Assembly: GCA_041560205.1 (NCBI GenBank)
Contig: JBFFBV010000008.1
Coordinates: 1,467 to 65,466, forward strand
DNA: 64,000 nucleotides
DNA from: Candidatus Sulfomarinibacter sp.
GTDB lineage: Bacteria > Acidobacteriota > Thermoanaerobaculia > Thermoanaerobaculales > Sulfomarinibacteraceae
Reading direction: 5' to 3'
The notes beneath the pieces are model-generated. The model was not told the DNA's origin. It worked only from the letters and a program-made list of their open reading frames with translations, and did not search any database. Of this stretch, positions 36,893-46,091 are shown piece after piece; the stretch's first letter is position 1; the number at the start of each line of letters is the position of its first letter. The translations under genes were made by a program, and so were the position numbers.

Positions 36893-37746
36893 GAAGGCTC
36901 CAGATACCGGGCCAGGGCGTCATCCCAGTCGGGCATACTCCGGCCGATGAGGGTCGACAGTCGGGTGTTGTCGAGAACCGAGAAACCAGGCCGACGCGCT
37001 GGGCGTGAAAACTCTTCCGAGGTGACCTCTCGAATATCGATGTCTGTGCCGAGGAGACCGGCAATGGCCTGGGCGAATCCGTGCCAGGTGGTTTCGCCGC
37101 CATTGACAGCGTGCACGACACCGTCGGCGCCAGCTCTGACGAGGTCGAGGATCGCCTCCGCGAGGTCCCCGCAGTAGGTGGGGCTGCCCCGCTGATCGAT
37201 CACCACCTTGAGATGGTCCGCCCCACCCTTGATCTGGCTCCGAATGGTCTCGACGAAGTTCCGACCGCCGTGACCATAAAGCCACGCTGTTCGCACGACG
37301 AGGTGGTGATCGGCATCGGCCGCCAACTCTTCGCCGTGGAGCTTCGTGCGCCCATAGGCGTTGATCGGTGCGACCGGATCGTCCTCCCGGTACGGGCGTT
37401 CGCTGGTGCCGTCAAAGACGTAGTCTGTCGAAATCTGTACGAGACGCGCCCCGATCGCATTGCACGCGGAAGCCAGGTAGCCGACCGCAGTGCCGTTGAT
37501 CCGCATGGCGGCCGCCTCGTCGGATTCGCAATCGTCGACTGCGGTGAGGGCTGCGCAGTTGACCACATTCGTGGGCCGTGCGGCCTCGATCCACGCGCTG
37601 ACCGCGGCCGCGTCGCTGATGTCGATGGTGTCGATGTCGCGACCTTCGAAATCGATCCCCCTGGCCATGCAGGTGGCCGCCAGTGCACGACCGAGCTGAC
37701 CGTGGACGCCCGTGATCAGGATCTTGGCTCCGTGGCTCTTCGACAT
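36880..37746 (-). CDS. rfbD: dTDP-4-dehydrorhamnose reductase
   Basis: KILITGVHGQLGRAL, VVNCAALTAVDDCE, ISTDYVFDG, YGRTKLHGE. Confidence 0.9.
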   Translation of the reverse strand: MSKSHGAKILITGVHGQLGRALAATCMARGIDFEGRDIDTIDISDAAAVSAWIEAARPTNVVNCAALTAVDDCESDEAAAMRINGTAVGYLASACNAIGARLVQISTDYVFDGTSERPYREDDPVAPINAYGRTKLHGEELAADADHHLVVRTAWLYGHGGRNFVETIRSQIKGGADHLKVVIDQRGSPTYCGDLAEAILDLVRAGADGVVHAVNGGETTWHGFAQAIAGLLGTDIDIREVTSEEFSRPARRPGFSVLDNTRLSTLIGRSMPDWDDALARYLEPSCES

Positions 37747-37966
37747 CGTCCGGATGGTAGCAAACCGCCCTCCCGCCCGGCTTCACGGGAATGCGGCTTC
37801 CACCGCCGGCCCGCCCACAGCTATACGGCGATTCCGGCGTGAGAACGCATCAGCGTCGCGCCCTCAAGCCGTTCAGCTGTAATGCCGTCTTCTCGGATGG
37901 TTGGTTGGGGGGGCTGGAATACGCTATCCTGTGGCGCGATTGTCCGTCGGCGAAGGAGAGCTGCAG

Positions 37967-38629
37967 ATGAGCGACGTAACGGCCATCGACACAGACGAGC
38001 GTGACCGGGAAAACAGGGGGGGCGCCAACGGCGACAACACGATTCCCCGCGGGGACGAGGAGAGGATTATCGAAAACGTCGCCGATCATATGGCGGCGAT
38101 CATGGGCGAGCTCAACCTCGATCTCGAGGATCCCAACTACCAGCAGACCCCGGAGCGGGTCGCAAAGATGTATCTGGAGATGTTCCACGGCCTCCGCGAG
38201 GGTGCGGAGCCGAAGATCACGACCTTTCCAAACGAGGAGGGGTATCACCACATGGTGATCGAAAGGGAGATCCCCTTCTACTCCATGTGCGCGCACCACT
38301 TCGTCCCGTTCTACGGTCACGCCCACATCGCCTACATACCCGAGGCCGAGGTCGTTGGCCTGTCGAAGCTGCCACGAATCCTCGAGTTCTACGCCAAACG
38401 GCCCCAGCTCCAGGAGCGTCTCACGGAGCAGGTGGCCGAGTTCCTGTGGACCAAGCTGCAGCCGCAGGGTGTGATGGTGGTGATCGAAGCCCGGCACCTG
38501 TGCGTCGAGATGCGGGGCGTCAAAAAGGCGGGTGCGCTCACCACGACCTCCGCCCTCCGGGGTTGCTTCGCAGATCGTCTGGTGCGCGAGGAGTTCCTCG
38601 CCCTGCTCCGGCGCCATGTAACCTGGTAG
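37967..38629 (+). CDS. folE: GTP cyclohydrolase I
   Basis: GAAGGAGAG RBS then ATG 37967. PERVAKMY, FYSMCAHHFVPFYGHAHIAYIP, GLSKLPRI, VVIEARHLCVEMRGV. Confidence 0.9.
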   Translation: MSDVTAIDTDERDRENRGGANGDNTIPRGDEERIIENVADHMAAIMGELNLDLEDPNYQQTPERVAKMYLEMFHGLREGAEPKITTFPNEEGYHHMVIEREIPFYSMCAHHFVPFYGHAHIAYIPEAEVVGLSKLPRILEFYAKRPQLQERLTEQVAEFLWTKLQPQGVMVVIEARHLCVEMRGVKKAGALTTTSALRGCFADRLVREEFLALLRRHVTW

Positions 38630-38763
38630 GTAGCAATCAGCATCCAGCAGCCAGCAGGCAGCAATCAGCAATCACGACATTTTGAGTGTGCTCGTCATGG
38701 GGTTGCCCAGAGTGCGATGTCGGATGGGGAAGCTGACGGCTGCACGCTGACAGCTGGCCGCTC

Positions 38764-39216
38764 CTATTCCACCTCGCAGAACAGATAGACACGGCGGGTG
38801 GCGTTGAGGACTGCCCCGGAAATCTTGAACTTCTGGATCGACTCCTTGAGGCGGTCGTTGTTGGCGCTCACCCTGGAGCATTCAACGCGTTCGAGCGGGT
38901 TTCCGTTGACATCCTCGAAGAGCGCGATGACGAGGACCTTGACGCTGTTCGAGTTGGTGTTGACAAAGCCGAGTTCGACAGTCACCGGGATGTTCTTGTC
39001 GCCTTCGATGTCTCGATCGCCTTTGACGTGAACACCGAAGCGGGCCCAACGGACGCCCGCGACCTCGACCATCGGCTGGAGGTCGGAGTTGACCTGGAAC
39101 TCGAAGTCTTCCTGGTACGGGCTCTCGACGGCCCGGTACTCGGTACTCTGGGCCTCGGCAACGGCCGCCGACGCCACGATCACGCAACCGATGAGCAATG
39201 CTGTGTTCCGAATCAC
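38764..39216 (-). CDS. Secreted hypothetical protein (150 aa)
   Basis: Signal peptide MIRNTALLIGCVIVASAAVAEAQ. No family recognised. A perfect TATAAT on the minus strand at 39249..39254 lies upstream. Confidence 0.7.
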   Translation of the reverse strand: MIRNTALLIGCVIVASAAVAEAQSTEYRAVESPYQEDFEFQVNSDLQPMVEVAGVRWARFGVHVKGDRDIEGDKNIPVTVELGFVNTNSNSVKVLVIALFEDVNGNPLERVECSRVSANNDRLKESIQKFKISGAVLNATRRVYLFCEVE

Positions 39217-39280
39217 ACCGAGCGCCCTCTCGATACTCCCCCAAGCGAATTATACACGGAGGGGTCGCGTCAGTGACGGG

Positions 39281-39314
39281 CAAAACAAAACCGCCGCGCC
39301 ATCGCGCGGCGGTT
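39281..39314 (-). terminator. Rho-independent terminator after the CsgG-like gene
   Basis: Minus strand reads AACCGCCGCGC-gatg-GCGCGGCGGTT (11-bp stem) followed by TTGTTTTG. Confidence 0.7.
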
Positions 39315-39334
39315 GAAGGTTGCAATGCCTCGAT

Positions 39335-40261
39335 TCAGGGGGAGTGGATTGTCATGCCTTTGGCCACGGCAGCCGCATCGCCCGAGGTCACGTCACAGAT
39401 CGAGAGCTTCTCCTTGACCTGGCTGACGGTGAGACGCGCGACCTCGGTCATGCTCTCGTCGAGCACCTCGCCGGTATCCGGATCCCGAAGCACCTCGACC
39501 TCTCCGACGGTGAATGTCTGACCGACGGAGACGCCCTCGCGGGTGCCGCGGTTGACGTAGATCTTGTCGCCCTTGACCAGAATGACCGCGCCCGACCACG
39601 GGAAGTTCGGAAGCTGCTCGGTCATGAACGAAACCGCTGCGGCGCACGCATCTTGCACGGCGAGCCCGACGTTGTCCTTCTTGTCGCCGCCGAAGGCCGC
39701 GCCCCAGCCGCCCGCGTTGTAGCCGACGCCCAAGGCCTTGCGCTTGTGGGTGCCGACCACGCTCTTCGATGCCAGGACCTGGCCGGTGGTCGAATCGACA
39801 ATGTAGATGGTGGCGTTGACCTCGCCTTTTCCGCCGCCGCCGCCGACCTTGAAGCCCTTGACGCGAATTCCGCCGGATGCGCCGCCCGTGTCACCTTGAA
39901 CGTGGGTGATGGCGCCTTTGACGAGCAGCTGCGCCGGTGTCATCTGGCCGGTCACCGGTGCCTTCTTGCCGCCGGCGGTGCGGCCGGAGGCCGCAAAGTC
40001 CTGTTCGTCAAGCGCCGCCGCCCGCATATCCGTCTCGCCGAGGACGATGAACTTCCCGGTCTGGTTGAGCATGTCGGTGAGCACCGTGTCCCAGGCGTGA
40101 CCCAGGTCCCATTGTCCGTGCCATCCTGATTGGTTTTCGAACTTGGTCACGGTGATCGAGTAACGGAGTCCCCCGGTGGCCTCCTGCGCCTGCGTGGGCA
40201 CCACCGTGCACACCGCGACGACGAGTACCACGAGCACAAACGACCTCAGATATCTCTTCAT
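39335..40261 (-). CDS. CsgG-family outer-membrane channel lipoprotein homolog with extra C-terminal beta domain
   Basis: Colinear with E. coli CsgG:
- YSITVTKFENQSGW (compare IFVSVYNIQDETGQ)
- LTDMLNQTGKFIVLGE (compare LVTALKDSRWFIPLER)
- AQLLVKGAITHVQGDTGG (compare ANIMVEGSIIGYESNVKSGG)
- ATIYIVDSTTGQVLAS (compare VNLRVVNVSTGEILSS). Confidence 0.8.
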   Translation of the reverse strand: MKRYLRSFVLVVLVVAVCTVVPTQAQEATGGLRYSITVTKFENQSGWHGQWDLGHAWDTVLTDMLNQTGKFIVLGETDMRAAALDEQDFAASGRTAGGKKAPVTGQMTPAQLLVKGAITHVQGDTGGASGGIRVKGFKVGGGGGKGEVNATIYIVDSTTGQVLASKSVVGTHKRKALGVGYNAGGWGAAFGGDKKDNVGLAVQDACAAAVSFMTEQLPNFPWSGAVILVKGDKIYVNRGTREGVSVGQTFTVGEVEVLRDPDTGEVLDESMTEVARLTVSQVKEKLSICDVTSGDAAAVAKGMTIHSP

Positions 40262-40403
40262 AACGATCCTCCGAGCGTTCTTCTGGTGTATGTAAGTTTA
40301 CACTGCCGGGCTCGGGACCCGGGATTCGTGGCCTGAGTACAGGTCGACGAAACGTTTCGGGCGGGGTGCCGAGCCTCGAGCCCCAGCGGTCTGGGGGCGG
40401 AGC

Positions 40404-40847
40404 TCAGCCCGGGTATTTCCCGGTGATGAAGTTCATCAGATCCTGGATGTGCCCCTCCTGATTGCGGCTGACGCTTCGTGTGAGATCGCCCGAGGAAACG
40501 AGACCTTTCAGCTCTCCATCATCGACCACGGGCAGGTGACGGATCCGTCTTTCGGTGATGACCGCCATCGCCTCGTCGACCCGGGTGCCTGACCCGACCG
40601 TCACGACCTCCGCGGTCATTACCTCGACAACGCGGGTGGCGCCGGGGTCCCGCCCCGCGGCCACCACCCGGTTGAGCACATCGCGTTCCGTGAAGATGCC
40701 GACCATTTCGCCCGAGATGCAGACCAGCACGGCGCCGATTCGTTCCTCGTTCATCTTTTTGACGGCGTCGAGCACCGTGGCCTCGGGCACCACGTGGTGG
40801 ATAGCGCGTCCTTTTTCCTCTAAGACTGCGTTGAGAGAATCCTTCAT
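40404..40847 (-). CDS. CBS-domain pair protein
   Basis: GGAGGA RBS then ATG 40847. Two CBS motifs (IGAVLVCISGEMVGIFTERDVL ; IRHLPVVDDGELKGLVSSGDL). Confidence 0.85.
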   Translation of the reverse strand: MKDSLNAVLEEKGRAIHHVVPEATVLDAVKKMNEERIGAVLVCISGEMVGIFTERDVLNRVVAAGRDPGATRVVEVMTAEVVTVGSGTRVDEAMAVITERRIRHLPVVDDGELKGLVSSGDLTRSVSRNQEGHIQDLMNFITGKYPG

Positions 40848-41032
40848 CGTCGTCCTCCACGACCTCTCGGACCCACGGGTGGGGCCCATGCGATCGAAAA
40901 TCAGGGGTGTGTTGTTTCCCTTTAACAGCCGCTGTCGTCGCCTGCATTCCGGAAGGGTCTGGCGACCTGCAGGCGAGAGCGACACCTGCGGCAACATGAG
41001 CGTGCCGAATCGCTGGGCGGCCCGATCTCGTT

Positions 41033-43294
41033 TCAGCTCCAGCGCTGCGCCTTGAGGACGCAGAGGGCTGCCATGTTGACGATATCGTTGACATCCACCC
41101 CACGCTGGAGGACGTGCACGGCGGCGTCGACTCCGATGAGGATCGGTCCGATGGCCTCCACCTTGCCAAGGCGCCACAGCAGCTTGTAGGCGATGTTGGC
41201 AGACTCGAGATCCGGACACACGAGAATGTTGGCGTCGCCCTGGATCCGCGACAGCGGGAACGCTTCCTTCGCGATTCCCGGCACGATGGCGGTATCCGCC
41301 TGCATCTCACCCTCGACCAGGAGATCCGGCCATCGCTGCTCGGCGATGGCCACCGCGTCGCGGACCTTCTGGGAACGCTGGTCGATGTTCGATCCGAAGT
41401 TCGAATAGGAGAGCATTGCCACCCTTGGCTCGACCCCGAAGTAGTGCTCAGCAGCCTGGCTCGTCAGCCACGCGATCTCAGCCAGCTCCTCGGAGCTCGG
41501 GTCCTGGTTGACGGTCGTATCGGCGATGAAGAGCATCCGGTCCTCGAAAAGGAGGAGGTAGGCGCCGGCGGCGCGCTTGATGCCTTCGCGCGTCTTATGG
41601 ATCTGCAGCGCGGGTCGAATCGTCTCTGGATAGGACATGGTGAGACCGCCGATGAGACCGTCGGCGTCGCCTTGCTGGACCATCATGTTGCCGAAATAGA
41701 CAGGGTCGCGCATCGCCTTGCACGCGGTGTCCATTGTGACCCCCTGTCGCCAGCGGGTGCGGGCGAGGATCTCGGCGTATTTGCGAGCGTCGTCGCTGAC
41801 CAGCGGATCGACGACCTCGACGGCGTCGTGTGGCACCTCGTGCTCGCTCAGGAGCCTGTCGACGACGTCGGCAGAGCCGAGCAATACCGGCGTGCAGATG
41901 CCCTCGTCGGCCAAAATCTTGGCCGCGCGCACGATTTTGACGGCCTCGCCCTCGGGGAAAACGATCCGTTTGGGATCCGCGACCGCCTGGTCGAAGACGC
42001 TGTGCATGACGCGACGGGTCCGCGAGAGCCGGTTCTCGAGCTCGCGGACATAGTCCTCCTTCGACGGGAACGGTTTTCGTGCCACTCCGGTCTCGATCGC
42101 CGTCTCCGCCACTGCAGGCGCCTCCCACAGCAACACGCGGTAGTCGAAGGGCTTCGGGATCAGGTAATCGCGTCCGAACTTGATCGGCTTACCGCCGTAG
42201 GCGCGGACCACCGCATCCGGCACGTCTTCCTTGGCGAGCTCCGCCAGAGCTCGGGCAGCCGCGAGCTTCATCTCCTCATTGATGTGGGTAGAGGCAACGT
42301 CGAGCGCACCGCGGAAGATGAAGGGAAAGCCGAGGACATTGTTCACCTGGTTGGGGTAGTCGGAGCGGCCGGTCGCCATGATGACGTCGGAACGCACTGC
42401 GAAAGCGTCCTCCGGCAGGATCTCGGGATCCGGGTTGGCCATGGCGAAGATGATCGGGTCCTTGGCCATCGTTTTCACCATCTCCTGAGTCACCAGTCCC
42501 TTGACGGAGACCCCGGCAAAGACGTCCGCGCCAGCCATGGCGTCGGCCAGGGTGCGCGCCTCGGTTTCGATGGCGAAGCGCTCCTTGTAGGGGTTCATTC
42601 CTTTGGTGCGGCCCTTGAAGATCACGCCCTTGGAATCGACCATCAGGAGGTTTTCCTGTTTGACTCCGAGCGAGACGTAGAAGGCCGCGCAGGCGATTCC
42701 CGCCGCCCCGGCGCCGGAGAAGACGACCTTGACGTCCTCGATCTTTTTGCCGGCGATCTCGAGGGCGTTGACCAGCGCCGCCCCCGAGATGATGGCGGTT
42801 CCGTGTTGATCGTCGTGGAAAACTGGGATGTCGCAGCTTTCCTTGAGCCGCTCCTCGATCTCGAAGCACTCGGGCGCGCCGATGTCTTCGAGGTTGATGC
42901 CGCCGAGAGTGGGTGCGAGGAGCTGGCAGAAACGGATGATCTCCTCGGGGTCCTTGCTATCGAGCTCGATGTCGAAGACATCGATGTCGGCGAAGCGCTT
43001 GAAGAGGACGCCCTTCCCCTCCATCACCGGCTTGCCGGCCATCGGCCCGATGTCGCCCAACCCGAGGACGGCCGTCCCGTTGGAAACGACCGCGACCAGG
43101 TTGCCCTTGTTGGTGTACTCGTAGACCAGCTCGGGATCACGGGCGATCTCGAGACACGGCTCCGCGACCCCTGGCGTGTACGCCAACGAGAGATCGCGTT
43201 GGGTGATGCACGGTTTGGTCGGGACGACCTCGGTCTTGCCGTGGCGTTTGCCGGTGTGGTACGCGAGGGCCTCTTCTTTCGTGATCTTCTTCAT
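41033..43294 (-). CDS. maeB: NADP-dependent malic enzyme (malic enzyme plus PTA-like domain)
   Basis: [62 protein letters not shown]-terminal phosphate acetyltransferase-like half. Confidence 0.95.
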   Translation of the reverse strand: MKKITKEEALAYHTGKRHGKTEVVPTKPCITQRDLSLAYTPGVAEPCLEIARDPELVYEYTNKGNLVAVVSNGTAVLGLGDIGPMAGKPVMEGKGVLFKRFADIDVFDIELDSKDPEEIIRFCQLLAPTLGGINLEDIGAPECFEIEERLKESCDIPVFHDDQHGTAIISGAALVNALEIAGKKIEDVKVVFSGAGAAGIACAAFYVSLGVKQENLLMVDSKGVIFKGRTKGMNPYKERFAIETEARTLADAMAGADVFAGVSVKGLVTQEMVKTMAKDPIIFAMANPDPEILPEDAFAVRSDVIMATGRSDYPNQVNNVLGFPFIFRGALDVASTHINEEMKLAAARALAELAKEDVPDAVVRAYGGKPIKFGRDYLIPKPFDYRVLLWEAPAVAETAIETGVARKPFPSKEDYVRELENRLSRTRRVMHSVFDQAVADPKRIVFPEGEAVKIVRAAKILADEGICTPVLLGSADVVDRLLSEHEVPHDAVEVVDPLVSDDARKYAEILARTRWRQGVTMDTACKAMRDPVYFGNMMVQQGDADGLIGGLTMSYPETIRPALQIHKTREGIKRAAGAYLLLFEDRMLFIADTTVNQDPSSEELAEIAWLTSQAAEHYFGVEPRVAMLSYSNFGSNIDQRSQKVRDAVAIAEQRWPDLLVEGEMQADTAIVPGIAKEAFPLSRIQGDANILVCPDLESANIAYKLLWRLGKVEAIGPILIGVDAAVHVLQRGVDVNDIVNMAALCVLKAQRWS

Positions 43295-43467
43295 GGCTCG
43301 TCTCCTCGCTTCAATCTGTCGCGTGAAACCTTCATGAGAAAGATTTCACAAGCGCGGAAGATAGTCCCTAGACCGGCAGAGGTCAAGCCTCTCGTCGAAG
43401 CTCGTTCCGCAGTCCTTCGGACCGTGATTCCCGCGGGGTATCGTACCTGATTCTCAGGAGCTGCGCT

Positions 43468-44523
43468 TCAGCCGTGCCCTGCGAATGCGAGCCGGATCAA
43501 CTCGTCGATCAACGCCGGGTAGTCGAGACCGGAGAGCTGCCAGAGACGCGGATACATCGAGATCGAAGTGAAGCCGGGTATGGTGTTGGCCTCATTGACC
43601 CACAGCCGGTTGCTGTCGCGTTCGAGAAAGAGATCGACCCTGGCCATTCCCGAGCATCCGAGGAGGCGAAAGACCTCGACCCCCAGCTCCTGAGCCGCAG
43701 CGGTCGTCTTCGCGTCGAGAGGAGCGGGTGCGAGGAGCTCGCAGGCCGAATCGACGTACTTGTCGTCGTAATCGTAGAACTCGTGGCCCGGCACGATCTC
43801 GCCCGGGACCGCGGCCCGCGGGTGCTGGTTGCCGAGCACCGCGATCTCGATCTCGCGAACATCGAGGCCCTTTTCGATCAATGCCCGGCTCCCATGGCTG
43901 AGGGCGCGCTCGACTGCCGGGACCAGATCCTCCGCGCGGGAGGCCTTGCTGATGCCGACCGACGATCCCAATCGGGCCGGTTTGACAAACAGCGGCAAGC
44001 CGAGAGCGAGGCCGCGCTCGACGATACCGTCGTGCTCCTCGGCCCACGAGCTGCGATCGAAACCGACCCATTCCGGGGTCGGCAGGCCGGCCTGGGCGAG
44101 CATCCGCTTGCAGAAGATCTTGTCCATGCACAGTGCCGACGAGGCGGCGTCGGAGCCGACGTAGGGCAAGCCGAGCATGTCGAAGAGCCCCTGGATCGTG
44201 CCGTCTTCACCGTAGGGTCCGTGGAGAACTGGGAACGCCAGGTCGACGGTGTCGTCGAGGAGTCTCGCGTCGAGTCGGTAGCGACCCTTGAAGCGGACGA
44301 CGTCGTCGGCACGGTCGGAGGAGTCGCGGAGGACGCGGCTCGCGGTCTCGGCGTCGGCCCACATGCCATCTCGGTCGATGGCCATCGGCAGTACGTGGTA
44401 CGTGTCCCGATCGAGGGCGCGGTCAACCGACCGCGCCGACACGATGCTCACGTCGTGCTCGTCGGAACGTCCGCCGAAGACGAGCGAGATGCGCCGTTTC
44501 TGGGAATCAGGAGTGTCGGTCAT
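43468..44523 (-). CDS. ddl: D-alanine--D-alanine ligase
   Basis: ISLVFGGRSDEHDVS, HGPYGEDGTIQGLFDMLGLPYVGS, CMDKIFCKRML, NEANTIPGFT. Confidence 0.95.
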   Translation of the reverse strand: MTDTPDSQKRRISLVFGGRSDEHDVSIVSARSVDRALDRDTYHVLPMAIDRDGMWADAETASRVLRDSSDRADDVVRFKGRYRLDARLLDDTVDLAFPVLHGPYGEDGTIQGLFDMLGLPYVGSDAASSALCMDKIFCKRMLAQAGLPTPEWVGFDRSSWAEEHDGIVERGLALGLPLFVKPARLGSSVGISKASRAEDLVPAVERALSHGSRALIEKGLDVREIEIAVLGNQHPRAAVPGEIVPGHEFYDYDDKYVDSACELLAPAPLDAKTTAAAQELGVEVFRLLGCSGMARVDLFLERDSNRLWVNEANTIPGFTSISMYPRLWQLSGLDYPALIDELIRLAFAGHG

Positions 44524-44603
44524 CCCTTGGCCTCCCCACCACGGACCACTCTACATCGGTATTGTGGCTCAGCAATGGCAGGCAGAGGGCGGGGTGGAGG
44601 TCC

Positions 44604-45167
44604 TTATCGCTTGGCCGCCGGCGCGCTCTCGAACAAAACCAAATACGCCCCGTAGCCGTTCTCCTCGAGCTCCTCGACGGGGACGAATCGGAGCGCCGCC
44701 GAGTTGATGCAGTAGCGGAGCCCGGTCGGAGCCGGTCCGTCGGGAAAGACGTGGCCGAGATGCGAGTCGGCGTTCGCGGAACGAACCTCGGTCCGGACCA
44801 TCAGCCAGCTGCGGTCCTTCTTCTCGACGATGTTCTCCGCGACGAGGGGCTGGGTGAAGCTGGGCCACCCGGTGCCGGAGTCGAACTTGTGGATCGAGGC
44901 GAAGAGCGGCTCCCCCGAAACGACGTCAACGTAGATTCCGGCACGGTGGTTGTTCCAGTACTCGTTTTGGAAGGCCGGTTCGGTCCCGTCCTTCTGGGTC
45001 ACCTTGTACTGCATCGGGGTCAACTTTTCTCTGAGTTCCTTGTCGCTCATCTTTTCCACTCCAGAATTCCAGGTCACTGTTCGGTCCTCCTGGGCGGTGC
45101 CCGTTATCGGCGCCAACAGCGCGCAACTCAGGAGGCACGCCGCGCCTGCCAGAATCGTGTTCTTCAT
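44604..45167 (-). CDS. msrB: Peptide-methionine (R)-S-oxide reductase with N-terminal signal/lipobox-like sequence
   Basis: [26 protein letters not shown]; [36 protein letters not shown]. Confidence 0.95.
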   Translation of the reverse strand: MKNTILAGAACLLSCALLAPITGTAQEDRTVTWNSGVEKMSDKELREKLTPMQYKVTQKDGTEPAFQNEYWNNHRAGIYVDVVSGEPLFASIHKFDSGTGWPSFTQPLVAENIVEKKDRSWLMVRTEVRSANADSHLGHVFPDGPAPTGLRYCINSAALRFVPVEELEENGYGAYLVLFESAPAAKR

Positions 45168-45787
45168 TTTGCTGCTCCCCAGAGCTCTGCCAAGCGTCGA
45201 TCCCTTCCACAGCCCTTGCGATAGTACGAATAGCGGATCGGATTCTTTTTGGAGTAATCCTGGTGGTAAGCCTCGGCCGGGTAAAAGGCCGTGGCGGCGA
45301 TGATTTCGGTGACGATCGGGTCCGGGAAGGGTTTGGACTTCTCGAGTTCGGCCCGGGACCGCTCCGCCGCCTGGCGCTGCGCGTCGTCGTGGAAGAAGAT
45401 CCCACTCCGGTACTGGCTCCCGACATCGCAGAACTGGCGATCAGAAACCGTCGGATCGATGTTGCGCCAGAAGACCTCGAGCAGCTCTTCGTAACTGACG
45501 ACCTCGGGATCGAAGACCACCCGCACGGCCTCGGTGTGACCGGTCGTGCCTGCGGAGACCTGTTTGTACGTCGGGTTCGCGACCTGACCCCCGGTGTAGC
45601 CCGAGGTCACCGAGAGCACGCCCTCGACCTTCTCGAAATCGGCCTCGATGCACCAGAAGCAGCCGCCCGCAAAGGTCGCGTAGGCCGTGTCACCCTCGCC
45701 AGCGATCGCCGGCGGGGCGACGACCAGGCCCGCAATCAGTAACATCACGGCTCTTTCTGGGCGCATCCTCAATTTTTCAGTTGTCAT
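45164..45787 (-). CDS. msrA: Peptide-methionine (S)-S-oxide reductase with N-terminal signal peptide
   Basis: GGAGGA RBS then ATG 45787. [21 protein letters not shown], then [35 protein letters not shown] overlap with msrB. Confidence 0.95.
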   Translation of the reverse strand: MTTEKLRMRPERAVMLLIAGLVVAPPAIAGEGDTAYATFAGGCFWCIEADFEKVEGVLSVTSGYTGGQVANPTYKQVSAGTTGHTEAVRVVFDPEVVSYEELLEVFWRNIDPTVSDRQFCDVGSQYRSGIFFHDDAQRQAAERSRAELEKSKPFPDPIVTEIIAATAFYPAEAYHQDYSKKNPIRYSYYRKGCGRDRRLAELWGAAK

Positions 45788-45898
45788 CGCTCGTCCTCCG
45801 CTTCCACCACTAGTAATGCCGGAACGGACGAAAAAGTTTCCACTCGGTGCGATCTCACGTCTCGATTTTGTGAAGGACTGATCGCAGGCCATCGAGAA

Positions 45899-45998
45899 AC
45901 GCAAAGACGCAAGGACGCTAAGACGCCAGGAAAGCGCAAAGTATTTTATTCGTGTCTGGGTTCGAGGATTGTCCTTTGCAGCCTTCCCGTCTTGGCGG
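45899..45998. repeat. Octamer tandem array (ACGCAAAG ACGCAAGG ACGCTAAG ACGCCAGG) with a downstream inverted partial copy
   Basis: Four contiguous 8-nt units at 45899..45930. CCTTTGCAGCCTTCCCGTCTTGGCGG at 45973..45998 is ~75% complementary. Related to 24455..24542. Confidence 0.65.
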
Positions 45999-46091
45999 TT
46001 ACAACGTGCTTGGGTCAGGTATCTGCCTTGTGTGGTGGCGACGGCCCCGGAACGTGTTCGTCATCAGGATCGGTCGAGGTACGATATCGCC

